64,000 nt of DNA from a virus: positions 356,241 through 420,240 of the IMG/VR virus record IMGVR_UViG_3300045988_170943; one strand, written 5' to 3'. Position numbers and translations under genes: made by a program. The notes below the pieces were generated by a model. It searched no databases. It was given only the letters and a program-made list of their open reading frames with translations, and was not told where the DNA came from. Positions 18,018 to 28,183 of this stretch are shown in pieces (within the stretch, counting starts at the first letter, position 1; each line of letters begins with the position of its first letter).

Positions 18018-20003
18018 GTGCTGGCTTGGAGGTTTGTGGTGTCTGAGATGTTGCAGGGGCCGTTGTTTGAGCAGGGTCTTGTTGCGATGACTGATGCGGG
18101 TCTGCGTATTGAGGATGAGGAGATCAGTGCGGCGTTTGACCGTAAGTCGTTGAGCCCGTCACTGGTGTCGTCTGTTGTGGATGAGAATGCGTGTATGGCT
18201 CGTATGCTGGCTTCGTCGTTTGTGGTTGATCGACTGGTGACGCCTCCGGTGGATACGGATGCGTCTAGGGGGTCGATGTTTCATAAGGTGATGGAGGAGT
18301 TTTTCTCTCTTCCTCCTGAGGGGCGCACGAATGAGGGTATGAATCAGGCGTTCCGGGAGGTGTTGGCGTCGGATAAGTTCAGGGACCTTGGGGGCATCCC
18401 GGATGCGCGGGACTGGCTTGTGCGGGCTGTTCAGGGCTATTTCAAGATGGGGTCTAAGCCTGATAGGGTGCGGGTGGCTGAACTGGATGTGGGGCATGGT
18501 GCGCGCCCTGGCCTTGAGGTTTTTGTGAAGGGGCAGATTGGTGCAGCGTCTCGCCCTACTTTGGGGTTTGTTGACCGCGTGACTGTGGACCCTAGGGATG
18601 GTAAGTCTTTGGTGGTGGAAGACTATAAGGGGCTGGCTCTGGATACTCCGATCCCTACTCCTTATGGCTGGTCAACAATGGGAAGTCTCAGGGTGGGGGA
18701 TTTTGTGTTGGGGACGACTGGGGCCTGTAGGGTGACGGTGAAGTCGAGTGTGCATTATGGTCGGCCTTGCTTCCGGGTGGGGACTGCTGATGGTGGGGCC
18801 TTGGTGGCGGATAATGTGCACTTGTGGTATGTGGCTCTCGTTCCGCCGGGAGGTTTTGGTGGTGGCGTGGTTGAGTATGCGGTCATCAGCACTGAGCGTA
18901 TGGCTGAGTTTGTGCGTGCAGGATACCTGGTGTTTGTTCCTTCCCCTGACCCGTGGGAGCCTAAGGCTACTGTTGGCGGTGGCACTGTGAACAGTGTTAG
19001 TGGCGGCAGTGTTGACGGTGGGCGCTCTGTGGGGTTCTACTATGGCATGTCGCTGGGGCTCATGGACAGTGGTAACCTTGACCGGTATATTCAGGCTCAC
19101 GGCAGTGCGGGCGGCGAGTTCTCCATGATTGAGGTGGCGGACCGTGCACTGGCTGGCACCATGGATAACATTTTCGTGATCCCAGCCAATATACGGCGGG
19201 ACATCATTGACGGCATTATTCACGTGTCCACCATAGAGGCGCCAGCGGACACTCCAGCAGGGTTGCGTGGTTTCAGGTGGCTGCGGTTCAATGAGTCACC
19301 TGACGGGCCTAAGGCTATTTCCACGATCCTTCTTGATCTCATGTACTTGTCTGGGATGTCCCCCATGCGCGTATTCGACCGCTCCCTAGATGACGGTAGG
19401 GGTGTGACTGAGATTGTGGTACGGGACGACCTGTACGCGCACCCACTAGGCATGGAACCTGGCTGGTGCATGGATGATGGCCTGGACGGTGGCTGGCGTG
19501 AGATCACCGTGGTTGAGGCTGTTGACTCTGTGCCCACCCAGTGCATCCAGGTGGACTCCCCCGACAGCCTCTATCTTGCTGGGCGCACCATGATCACCAC
19601 ACACAACACGGGCAAGGTGAAGAGGTGGAAACCAAACACGAAGGGCGACAAGGGTCTGGCTGAGCAGCGGCAGCAGACCATCTACTCAATGCTTCTGGAA
19701 CAGCACGGATTCGAGGTGTCAGCAGCCAGACTCATCTACCCCGTCTATGGCGAGATCGTGAACGTCAACAAGAATGACGAATGGCTACGCAACCGGGTCG
19801 TGGAAGACATTGAACGGGCCGACGTCCTCATGAAGGCGTGCCGGGACGAGAACCTGTTCGAGTACTCACCATCATTCCTTTGCGCATGGTGCCCGCTAGC
19901 AAAACTGTGCCCCGTCGCAGACATCAAAGGCGGAAAATGCCAGGTAGCCTTCCAGAAGCAGCCAGAGCCAGAACAACTACTTGCGGGGATCAAGATTCGA
20001 TGA
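18018..20003 (+). CDS. Cas4/RecB-family PD-(D/E)xK exonuclease with 4-Cys cluster, interrupted by an in-frame intein
   Basis: N-terminal Cys (ENAC), GFVDRV...EDYK motif, then C-extein TGKVK and CAWCPLAKLCP Fe-S-type cysteines. About 326 aa inserted between DYK and TGK. Start codon (GTG) uncertain. Confidence 0.7.
   Translation: MLAWRFVVSEMLQGPLFEQGLVAMTDAGLRIEDEEISAAFDRKSLSPSLVSSVVDENACMARMLASSFVVDRLVTPPVDTDASRGSMFHKVMEEFFSLPPEGRTNEGMNQAFREVLASDKFRDLGGIPDARDWLVRAVQGYFKMGSKPDRVRVAELDVGHGARPGLEVFVKGQIGAASRPTLGFVDRVTVDPRDGKSLVVEDYKGLALDTPIPTPYGWSTMGSLRVGDFVLGTTGACRVTVKSSVHYGRPCFRVGTADGGALVADNVHLWYVALVPPGGFGGGVVEYAVISTERMAEFVRAGYLVFVPSPDPWEPKATVGGGTVNSVSGGSVDGGRSVGFYYGMSLGLMDSGNLDRYIQAHGSAGGEFSMIEVADRALAGTMDNIFVIPANIRRDIIDGIIHVSTIEAPADTPAGLRGFRWLRFNESPDGPKAISTILLDLMYLSGMSPMRVFDRSLDDGRGVTEIVVRDDLYAHPLGMEPGWCMDDGLDGGWREITVVEAVDSVPTQCIQVDSPDSLYLAGRTMITTHNTGKVKRWKPNTKGDKGLAEQRQQTIYSMLLEQHGFEVSAARLIYPVYGEIVNVNKNDEWLRNRVVEDIERADVLMKACRDENLFEYSPSFLCAWCPLAKLCPVADIKGGKCQVAFQKQPEPEQLLAGIKIR
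18630..19608 (+). other. class-3-type intein in the Cas4-like nuclease
   Basis: Block A GLALDTPI, block B NVHLW (Trp at B:12), block F QCIQVDSPDSLYLAG (Cys at F:4), block G MITTHN with +1 Thr. Confidence 0.6.
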
Positions 20004-20596
20004 GGAAAGCAAAAACAGTTGAAGTGCCAGACCGTGAACTCACCTTCGACGAGTTTGAGAAACTACGCAAGCACGCCCTGAACTCGGCCACCTGGTATGT
20101 GGACAGGTACCAGTGGTCCAGGAACAGGGTCAGACAGCGGCTCGCCGAGAAGGGCTACACCACGGAACCAGTCACCTACCGGGACCCAGGTGGCACCACC
20201 CACACGTGCGACATCATTGAGGAGACCCTGGCTGCGCTACCCTCCAAAGGTGTCCTGGATGACACTGACATCGCATCAAGCCGGGTCTGGTCACTCATGG
20301 ACTCGGGGAAGAGCGCGCGATTCGTCACCACAAGGCTCAGACAGCGCGGATTCATGGACTCCGACATTCAGGCCGCCATCAACGACTACCTGGGCCACAA
20401 CCCAGGCCACGATGAGGATGTTGTGGACCGTGCCGCCACGAAGTACGTCAACCGGTCGGCTTTCCGGGGTGAGCCTGACATGTACAGGCGGGCCCAAAAA
20501 CTGAAAGCCCACATGATGTCCAAGAGTATCGACCTGGACAGTGTTGACACCTGGATCGCAGAGCACCCAGAGTACTTCACAGAGGACAACAACTAG
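20000..20596 (+). CDS. RecX-like regulatory protein
   Basis: Repeated three-helix units with RQRLAEKGY...IEETL...LDD and RLRQRGF...I..AI..Y resembling RecX. ATG overlaps the upstream stop. Confidence 0.45.
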   Translation: MRKAKTVEVPDRELTFDEFEKLRKHALNSATWYVDRYQWSRNRVRQRLAEKGYTTEPVTYRDPGGTTHTCDIIEETLAALPSKGVLDDTDIASSRVWSLMDSGKSARFVTTRLRQRGFMDSDIQAAINDYLGHNPGHDEDVVDRAATKYVNRSAFRGEPDMYRRAQKLKAHMMSKSIDLDSVDTWIAEHPEYFTEDNN

Positions 20597-20849
20597 AACA
20601 AGGAAGCGGCCGCACCCACCCCGCCTACTCTCCTGTGTAGTGGGCCATAGTGCGTCACTTACGCTGTCACCCCCACCCTGCCATGTGCGCCCCAACACCC
20701 CGGTTCTGCGGCCTGTGAACCTGCTGGCTGATAATGCCCACACCAGGCACTCTAAAACCCAGCGGGGGTTCCGCTACCCCTGCTGTCGGTAGAATCCGCA
20801 CGCTGACAAAGAAATACACCCACAGGGGAAGGGATTGAACACTCGCTGA

Positions 20850-22379
20850 CTAGGTTGGAGATCCTCTAGAATCTAGGGTTTCCCTCACCATCATCAGCGT
20901 CGCCTCGGTTTTTCTTTCCGAGGTACCAGTGTGTCCCTGGATTCCACTCAGGGCAGTGACCGGTTTCGACTGTCGCGTAACAGTCGAACTTCGCTCTAGC
21001 GCCCTCTGGCGAAGCAGAGAACGCATTCTATCACGGTTTCTCGTGCTTGAGATAGCACGCAAGGCAATCTCTCTAGATGCCGAGATGTCACGATCCAGTG
21101 AGAAACCACAGGTAGTGCAGGTACCGACCCTACTCTTCGAGTTGTTCGATACCTTACCACCGCAGCGAGAGCAGGTCTTTGAGGTGTTCTTGGCGCTCAC
21201 CTTGGTTACTTTAATCCCGTAGCGCTTAGCAGTTTTCTCTATCCTGTGCTGTATCTCAGCATGAGGCCACCTACCACCCAAAGCGTCAAGCCAGGACAGG
21301 TTCTCCAGAGACAGATGAGCATCGCTCTTATTAGCGATTTCCACTACCTGGCTGGCGATACACTGACTGATCTCATGCTTTATCCTGGTAGCCTTAGCAC
21401 CGACTCGCTTCGCCTCAGTCCTGAGAATCTGAGCACGCTGGGCTCGGTTGTATCTCTCACAGAGGTCCGCTCGTTCGTACAGATGAGCAGATAAATCACG
21501 ACGTTTCTTCTCTGCCCTAACTAGAGAACCGAGCCACCTCTTGTAACTAACGTAATACGGAGCAGACCTGTACTTAGCCTCAGGATCTATGACGGTAGTG
21601 ACGAACGGCTCTACCTTACCCAGGTCAACGCCTACAATCTTGTTGGTGTCTCGCTGATGCACCTTGCGCTCGATAGCGATGTCAAAGACAACCTGGCCCT
21701 TGTCGTTCAGTCTGATAGTTGGGCGACATACCTTACCATCACCAAAGCGTGACTCATTATCTGGAAGTCTGAAGTAGAGTCTAGTAAGACCGTTACTTGG
21801 CGTCTTGACCTGAACGATGACACTCAACGGATCGCTGTCGTCTCGAACTGCCTTAGGTGCGAAGTAGGTGTCACACACAGCCAGGTTCAGTTTGGCGTTC
21901 ACTCCAGGTAGAGACGCCTTCCTCTCGCCTTTGACGTGATAGCGCCTCAGGTGAGCGCGGATCATTCCACTGGTCGGCTGCGGAGCATCAGGATAAGCGA
22001 CCTTGTAGCAGGAGAGGATCTTTTCTGGCTTGGTCTCCTTAGGGTGAGTGTTCATTACCTGAAACAGGCCAACTGAGACAGCATAAGACTCTAGAGCGCC
22101 AACTATATTGGTGATCAGCATCTCATTCATGTTGTGCTTCTGAAACTCAAAGTCGTAACGACTAAGGCGTTTACGACCCCAGGAGTTCAGAGAACCGGTC
22201 GGCCTGCCACCCCGTAGAACTTTCACTGCCAGGTCATGAAACTCTGAACCGGCAAGCACCTCCTGCTCAGCCTGAGCCATCCAAGCAACCATCTGAGCCA
22301 GATCAGCACTCACTGAGTCAGCGTCAACTCCATCGTCAGTGGTGAACCTGTGCCTAGTCACAGCGTCATAGTACTTCAC
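20850..22379 (-). CDS. tnpB: TnpB-like (IS605 OrfB family) RuvC/Zn-finger protein, solitary
   Basis: IVGVDLG (RuvC-I), LENLS, CSRCGGK...CTTCGFSLDRDISASREIA (Zn finger plus RuvC-III). Confidence 0.7.
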   Translation of the reverse strand: MKYYDAVTRHRFTTDDGVDADSVSADLAQMVAWMAQAEQEVLAGSEFHDLAVKVLRGGRPTGSLNSWGRKRLSRYDFEFQKHNMNEMLITNIVGALESYAVSVGLFQVMNTHPKETKPEKILSCYKVAYPDAPQPTSGMIRAHLRRYHVKGERKASLPGVNAKLNLAVCDTYFAPKAVRDDSDPLSVIVQVKTPSNGLTRLYFRLPDNESRFGDGKVCRPTIRLNDKGQVVFDIAIERKVHQRDTNKIVGVDLGKVEPFVTTVIDPEAKYRSAPYYVSYKRWLGSLVRAEKKRRDLSAHLYERADLCERYNRAQRAQILRTEAKRVGAKATRIKHEISQCIASQVVEIANKSDAHLSLENLSWLDALGGRWPHAEIQHRIEKTAKRYGIKVTKVSAKNTSKTCSRCGGKVSNNSKSRVGTCTTCGFSLDRDISASREIALRAISSTRNRDRMRSLLRQRALERSSTVTRQSKPVTALSGIQGHTGTSERKTEATLMMVRETLDSRGSPT

Positions 22380-22522
22380 AGGTTCACCTCCCTTGGGTTG
22401 ACTAGCATAGATGTGTGTATTGTAACATAGAGTGAGCGATGCTACAAGTCAAGGAATTAGCGCGACTGCGGGCGACGGTCAGCGTTTTCAATGGCCACTA
22501 TTCCCAGCAAGTGACCCTTCCA

Positions 22523-23410
22523 CTACTTGAGTTGCGGCACCCCAAACCATGCCATGTGGCCGACAGACACGAGAATCACCAGCATCAGGATCCCAGTCAC
22601 AAGCCACTTCTCTGCGTCTCCTCCCGCCTCCATCTTCGTAAACCGTGTCGTCCACCAGAACTTGCCAAACAGGATCGCCGACAAGGGGAAGAACAGAGGG
22701 TCACCATAGGTGGTGAATGCGTCCCCAATGTCGTGGATGAGCATACCGGCGAACAGGGATATACCAAGCCACCTGAAGTCAGTGACACCAGATGAGATGA
22801 TCAAAGACCCTGTACCAACAGCACACAGGGCAACGAGCATGACTGCACCCACAATGGGAGTCTTCTTCATCTTGTCAGTTTGCTTCTTCAGCAAAGTGGA
22901 GACAGTCAGGATCACAAGGACGGTGGACAGGAACCAGGCAAACAGCACCCCATAGGTTAACTTCCCGACACCAGGGACGTTAACCATGCTAGATGCTTTT
23001 GTCGCCAAGTACACGAGGTAGGAGACGACCGCCGCGAGGAATGGCGTGTGCCAGACTCCACGGTGAGGGTTCGGGTCGGGGTCGTCACGCCTAGTGCGGA
23101 TCACTGTCTGAAGTATCTTAGAGGACCAACGGAAGAACAGGCTCAGGACGTTACCAAGGATACCTAGGTCATTGATGGCTCTGGCGCTCGTATTGTCCAG
23201 GTCGGGGACGAGTGTAGCCCCAATCGTGCACAGGAACGCTAACGTAAGGATGGCGACGCTACCAGTTCCGAGGGTGGAGACTAGACTGGTGGGCGCGAAT
23301 GCGAGGATAGCGGCCATGGCAGCCAGGCCACTGAGAGCGTGTGTAAAACCCATAAACCCGTGGTCGTTGCAGTGGTTTCGGGTTCTAAGTGCCTGAGTCC
23401 AGCATTCCAT
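22523..23410 (-). CDS. polytopic membrane protein, possible membrane-bound metal-dependent hydrolase (YdjM/DUF457-like)
   Basis: About 8 TM helices, conserved His/Asp in loops (WHTPF, HDIGD). Confidence 0.4.
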   Translation of the reverse strand: MECWTQALRTRNHCNDHGFMGFTHALSGLAAMAAILAFAPTSLVSTLGTGSVAILTLAFLCTIGATLVPDLDNTSARAINDLGILGNVLSLFFRWSSKILQTVIRTRRDDPDPNPHRGVWHTPFLAAVVSYLVYLATKASSMVNVPGVGKLTYGVLFAWFLSTVLVILTVSTLLKKQTDKMKKTPIVGAVMLVALCAVGTGSLIISSGVTDFRWLGISLFAGMLIHDIGDAFTTYGDPLFFPLSAILFGKFWWTTRFTKMEAGGDAEKWLVTGILMLVILVSVGHMAWFGVPQLK

Positions 23411-23581
23411 TGGTGGCTCATTCCTGTTGTCGTAAGAAAAGTGTTTACTGGCGGGAATATCTTGGGGGATTCCCTTCTCACTCTGTTCTCAGTGCCCACC
23501 CTGTACCTGTAGAAGGGAGGGTGGGCACTGAATGTGCGTTCGTGAGTCACATGTGTCTATGGGTGCGTGACTCATGGACAC

Positions 23582-26104
23582 CTACTTGGAGGCGCCCAAC
23601 ATGATCTTCTCGCCGATCTCGGTGCCGCGTGCTGACCTCTTCGCCACCTCCGGCAGGGCAACAACCATGTGGGTCCCCGTGGTCTTGCATGCGACTGGGG
23701 CTGGTCCAGTGTAGGCGACGGAGAGGTGATCCTCACCCTTGCGGAACAACTGGGCTGCGACTCCCTGCCCGCCGCGACCCTTCCTGGGGATGTCAGCCAG
23801 TAGGGTTTGTTTAACACTGGCCCCAGTGCTGGTAACCACCATGTTACCATCCTCATCTGGGTTACGTAGCCAGTTGAAGTGGATCACCCTATCTTCATTG
23901 CCCTTCAACTGGACACCCTTGACTCCACCGGCCTTTGACCCGGTTGGGTTCACTGCTGCGGCGTCAAACAAGAGAACATTGCCGCCACTGGTCACCATGG
24001 AGAACAGGGTACCGCCCGTATCTTGGTCAACCCACCTGGACCCAACAATCTCGTCACCGTCCTTCAGGGAGATCACAGGGAACTCGTCGAAACTGGTGGG
24101 AAAGTCGGTGCGGGCGACCTTCACCACGCCCCCCTTAGTGCCTATCGCCAGCCCCACCTCACCATCACCTGACTGCACCTTACTGATGCCGACAACACGC
24201 ACACCAGTCGGGGCCTTTACACCTAGTTTCTCCGAAGTGGTGGGTGCGTCATCGGTCAGATAATTCACTGGGATCTTGTGGCCAGTGCCATCACTGTGAA
24301 CAATCACGAAACTATCCTGACTCATCACCTGGATCTGGTCCAGGATCGGCGTATACTGTACCTTCCTCGGGCCGTCACCATAGGTGAAGGCATCCATGGT
24401 ACGGGTCAGGGTGCCATCCTGGAACAAAGTCACGTAACAAGGAGTGTTACTGGAGGCTGCTTTAATCTCCTGTCGGACTGCCTGACGGTCCTCCTTGAAC
24501 TGGTCTTTCGTGATCCCGTTGATGACGGTACGCCTGGGGCTGCTGATGATTTTCTTCACCGCCACCAGGTCGGCCTCCACCACCCGATCCAATTCGGCCG
24601 GGTCTTCAAGGATCTGCTCCATGCGTGCCCGCTCCTTCACAAGGTCGCTCTTCTCTCGCTGGATGGCAATAGAGTCCGACCGTGTGAGCCGCCTAAGCCT
24701 CATCGACAGAATGAAATCAGCCTGACCAGCGTCAATGCGGAACGCCTTCATCAACTTACGTCTGGCTACATCCGTGTCCTTCGACTCACGAATGATGGCG
24801 ACGGCCTTGTCAATGTCGATCAGGACTGCGAGGATGCCGTCAAGGCGGTGCAGGCGGGCGTCAATCTGGGTGATTCGGTGGCGGCTTCTCGCAGCAGTGC
24901 AGTCACGACGGAGATCCACAAAGTTCCGCAGCATTTCTAGGACACTGATACGCTGCGGGACGGACTGGTTGATGACTGTGCAGTTCACGGAGAACGACGT
25001 CTGAAGGTCCGTCTCATTGAACAGTTCGTTTAACAGGGCCTTGTAGTTGCCCCCCTTCGTGGTAGTAACAACGAACCTGAGACCGTGACGTTTATCGGAC
25101 AGATCCTTCGCCTCAGACAGGTTCCTGGCGACCACTGGGTTCGCTTTCGTCGTCTCCTTGTGTTTCTTCCCGTTCCGGGTGACCTCCCGCACCCTGTCAA
25201 CCCGAATCTGGTTGATCTTTTCCAGCACGGACTCCGCAGACACCATGTAAGGCAACTCAAAGAAACTGATCTCGGTGCGTCCTCTGGGTAGTTGCTCCAC
25301 CTTGTAACGGGCACGCGTCAGGAACGACCCCCTGCCCGTGGTGTAGTAGTCGCGTATCCCGTCCACACCGATCACTTCACCACCAGTGGGCAGATCCGGG
25401 CCGGGCATGATCTTCATGAGTTCATCCACCCCCAGGTCCGGGTTATGTAGAGTGGCGATAGCGGCATCGATTACCTCGTCAGGGTTATGGGCCGGGATCT
25501 TGGACGCGAAACCCACAGCAATACCAACAGTGCCGTTCACCAGGTCGTTCGGCCACCTGACAGGAAGAATCTTCGGGATCTGCTCAGTGCCATCATAGTT
25601 GGGGATCATCTCGACAGCCCCCTCCCCGGCCTCCTTGAGAAGTTCCATCGCCGCCTTCGTGAGCCTGGCCTCCCAGTACCGGGGTGCGGCAGGCTGGTCC
25701 CCATAGGTGTGGCCCACGGACCCGGATTTGTCGATCAGGGGCACCCTCAATGAGAATGTCTGCGCCATACGCGCCAAGGCGTCCGAGATAGAGGAGTCAC
25801 CATGCGGGTGGAACCGGCCCATGGTACTGCCCACGATCCTAGATGCCTTCGTGAACCCTGACGTGGGCAGGTTGTTGTTCGTGAACATGTCCCACAGGAT
25901 ACGCCGGTTCACTGGCTTCAGGCCGTCCGCCTCCAGTAGGGCGCGGTGGAACACGGCGTACTGGCCGTAAACAATGTACTCGCTCTTCAGCCACCTGTGC
26001 GCCGGAGTACGGTTGATCTGTGCGGCGATCTTGTCAATGACAGCGGGGTTGATCATACTACCTTGGCCTTCTTCACCGTTGTTAGAATTGGTCATAGGAT
26101 ACAT
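23582..26104 (-). CDS. type II topoisomerase A subunit (GyrA/ParC-like)
   Basis: YAVFHRALLEADGLKPVNRRIL, GRFHPHGDSSISDALARMAQTFS (active-site region), long C-terminal beta-pinwheel-type domain. Start placed at MYPMTNS. Confidence 0.8.
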   Translation of the reverse strand: MYPMTNSNNGEEGQGSMINPAVIDKIAAQINRTPAHRWLKSEYIVYGQYAVFHRALLEADGLKPVNRRILWDMFTNNNLPTSGFTKASRIVGSTMGRFHPHGDSSISDALARMAQTFSLRVPLIDKSGSVGHTYGDQPAAPRYWEARLTKAAMELLKEAGEGAVEMIPNYDGTEQIPKILPVRWPNDLVNGTVGIAVGFASKIPAHNPDEVIDAAIATLHNPDLGVDELMKIMPGPDLPTGGEVIGVDGIRDYYTTGRGSFLTRARYKVEQLPRGRTEISFFELPYMVSAESVLEKINQIRVDRVREVTRNGKKHKETTKANPVVARNLSEAKDLSDKRHGLRFVVTTTKGGNYKALLNELFNETDLQTSFSVNCTVINQSVPQRISVLEMLRNFVDLRRDCTAARSRHRITQIDARLHRLDGILAVLIDIDKAVAIIRESKDTDVARRKLMKAFRIDAGQADFILSMRLRRLTRSDSIAIQREKSDLVKERARMEQILEDPAELDRVVEADLVAVKKIISSPRRTVINGITKDQFKEDRQAVRQEIKAASSNTPCYVTLFQDGTLTRTMDAFTYGDGPRKVQYTPILDQIQVMSQDSFVIVHSDGTGHKIPVNYLTDDAPTTSEKLGVKAPTGVRVVGISKVQSGDGEVGLAIGTKGGVVKVARTDFPTSFDEFPVISLKDGDEIVGSRWVDQDTGGTLFSMVTSGGNVLLFDAAAVNPTGSKAGGVKGVQLKGNEDRVIHFNWLRNPDEDGNMVVTSTGASVKQTLLADIPRKGRGGQGVAAQLFRKGEDHLSVAYTGPAPVACKTTGTHMVVALPEVAKRSARGTEIGEKIMLGASK

Positions 26105-26144
26105 TACCCTATGACCAATTCTCTTATCTGGTGGGGCGGTAGTA

Positions 26145-26654
26145 GTGACATACCACATCAACAACGATCACGAGGTAGGCGAGTGCAGTGCAAAGAACCT
26201 TACTGACTGCCCGTTCTACAACCCTGTCCTGGGGGACGCGAACCACTATACGACCGAAGAGCAAGCCAATGAGGCCGCTGAACTTCTCCGCGCCGGGAAG
26301 TACCCCATGTTCAGCATCCAGAGCACAAGGTCCATCAAGAACCAGGACAAGATCCTGAACACACTTAACACCCTTAATATTGTACTTAAAGACGGGAAGA
26401 TGTCGCTCGTCACCAGTGAAACCGACATCATCAGCAAGTGGTTCAATGGCAACAGCGAGAACTACAGGAGATTCCTCAACATGAGCAACAGCAGTGACCT
26501 TAAGCCCATTGCGCAACGGGATATCGCCAAGATGCTCACCAGCGGCCTGAATGTTCGTATCGTAGACAGCCTGGACGAGGCAGAAGATACTAAGGATGGG
26601 GAAAGTGACGTGGTTCTTCTGTCCGAGAAGACGGCAGGTATGAGCATCACCTGA
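26145..26654 (+). CDS. hypothetical protein (lower GC than neighbours)
   Basis: 169-aa ORF divergent from gyrA-like gene. AT-richer codons. Confidence 0.45.
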   Translation: MTYHINNDHEVGECSAKNLTDCPFYNPVLGDANHYTTEEQANEAAELLRAGKYPMFSIQSTRSIKNQDKILNTLNTLNIVLKDGKMSLVTSETDIISKWFNGNSENYRRFLNMSNSSDLKPIAQRDIAKMLTSGLNVRIVDSLDEAEDTKDGESDVVLLSEKTAGMSIT

Positions 26655-26713
26655 CATCCTCCCGCACACAAAACCCCTAGATGATCCTGTGTGTGGGAGG
26701 TAGAATAGGGGCC

Positions 26714-28108
26714 ATGAGTAACGGACCCAAGTATGTGTGCACAGTCTGCGGCCGAGGATACCCGAAACAACCCATTGGAGGGTGTCGCCAGTGCGGAGGG
26801 GAAGACACTGTACATCTCGCATCAGAGATGAACACCCAGGAGAAGGCTAAGTCCGGCAGGTCTGGGCTCAAGTCTTCCGCTGCCGTCAAACCCACCAGCA
26901 GAGCACAGACACTCACCAGCATACGGGCAACACCTGTAGACCGGATCGTGACCGGTATCAGCGAACTCGACCGGGTACTGGGCGGCGGGTTCGTGGAGGG
27001 TGAGGTTATTCTCTTGTCTGGCGCACCAGGAGCAGGCAAGTCCACCCTCACTCTCAGGGTTGCAGACATGCTCGCCAACCAAGGGATGCGGGTACTGTAC
27101 ACCTCCGGTGAGGAATCAGAGCAGCAGATCGGGCTACGTGCCACCCGCATGAACGTCACCTCCGACCAGATCAGGGTCGTCTCGGAGACGAACCTGGAGA
27201 CAGTACTGGGACACATTGAGGTTGAGGACCCTGACGTCCTTATTATTGACTCACTACAAACTGTTGCCAGTTCTGAGATCAGTGGCTCAGTTGGCTCCGT
27301 CCAGCAGTCCAAGGAAGCCGCCCACACGCTCACCCGCGTCGCCAAGCAGAAAAGCATCATCGCCATACTCATCTCCCAGGTCGTGAAATCAGGCGATTTC
27401 AGTGGTTCTGAGTCCATCCAGCATATTGTTGACGCCACCATCATGCTGGAGTCCAGCCCAGACACACCCTTGAAGTTCCTCAGGGCTACTAAGAACCGGT
27501 TCGGAGACACCACAGAGGTAGGCGTGTTCCAGCACTCTGAGACCGGCCTGGAAGAAGTCAAGGACCCATCCGGCGTCCTCATGGGCGATCAAGATGAGAA
27601 GATCGTGTCCGGCACATCCCTCACATTCACCAGTGAAGGTATACGGCAGATCCCTGTCGAGGTGCAGGCACTCGTCTCCAACTCTAACCTGCCCACGCCA
27701 AGACGCCAGTTCAACGGTATTCAGTTCAACCGGGGCCAGATCGTGTGCGCGATCCTTGACAAGTTCTGCCGGGCAGGCTTGTACGACCGTGATGTCTTCA
27801 TCAACACGGTCAGCGGCATCAAGGTCAACGACCCATTGGCTGATCTGTCGATAGCGGCAGCCGTCCTGTCCTCCATTCACGGCACCGTCCTGGGGGAGAG
27901 GGTCGCTTTCGTTGGGGAGCTTTCCCTCACTGGTCAGGTCAGGGGTACCCACATGATCGAGGCGAAAGTTCGAGAGGCCGCACGCATGGGATTTGACACT
28001 GTTGTTATCCCGAAGACGGCAGCCAAGACGATACGACACAAAGGCATCAAAATCCGGGGCGTGTCACTTGTCTACGAAATCCAGGAAATGTTCAAGAGAC
28101 AGAGGTAA
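26714..28108 (+). CDS. radA: DNA repair protein RadA/Sms
   Basis: N-terminal Zn finger CTVCG...CRQCGG, Walker A GAPGAGKST, KNRFG motif, Lon-protease-like C-terminal domain. RBS gggagg. Confidence 0.85.
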   Translation: MSNGPKYVCTVCGRGYPKQPIGGCRQCGGEDTVHLASEMNTQEKAKSGRSGLKSSAAVKPTSRAQTLTSIRATPVDRIVTGISELDRVLGGGFVEGEVILLSGAPGAGKSTLTLRVADMLANQGMRVLYTSGEESEQQIGLRATRMNVTSDQIRVVSETNLETVLGHIEVEDPDVLIIDSLQTVASSEISGSVGSVQQSKEAAHTLTRVAKQKSIIAILISQVVKSGDFSGSESIQHIVDATIMLESSPDTPLKFLRATKNRFGDTTEVGVFQHSETGLEEVKDPSGVLMGDQDEKIVSGTSLTFTSEGIRQIPVEVQALVSNSNLPTPRRQFNGIQFNRGQIVCAILDKFCRAGLYDRDVFINTVSGIKVNDPLADLSIAAAVLSSIHGTVLGERVAFVGELSLTGQVRGTHMIEAKVREAARMGFDTVVIPKTAAKTIRHKGIKIRGVSLVYEIQEMFKRQR

Positions 28109-28183
28109 CAAAACAGCGGACGGCAAGATATTCCCGACTCAACCACCCACAGGTTCTTTTCTACCACGGAGAGGCACAGGCAC

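Noticed and set aside
18900-19300. LAGLIDADG homing-endonuclease motif inside the Cas4 intein (LGLMDSGN)
   Set aside because: Single weak match, second motif not found. Not asserted.
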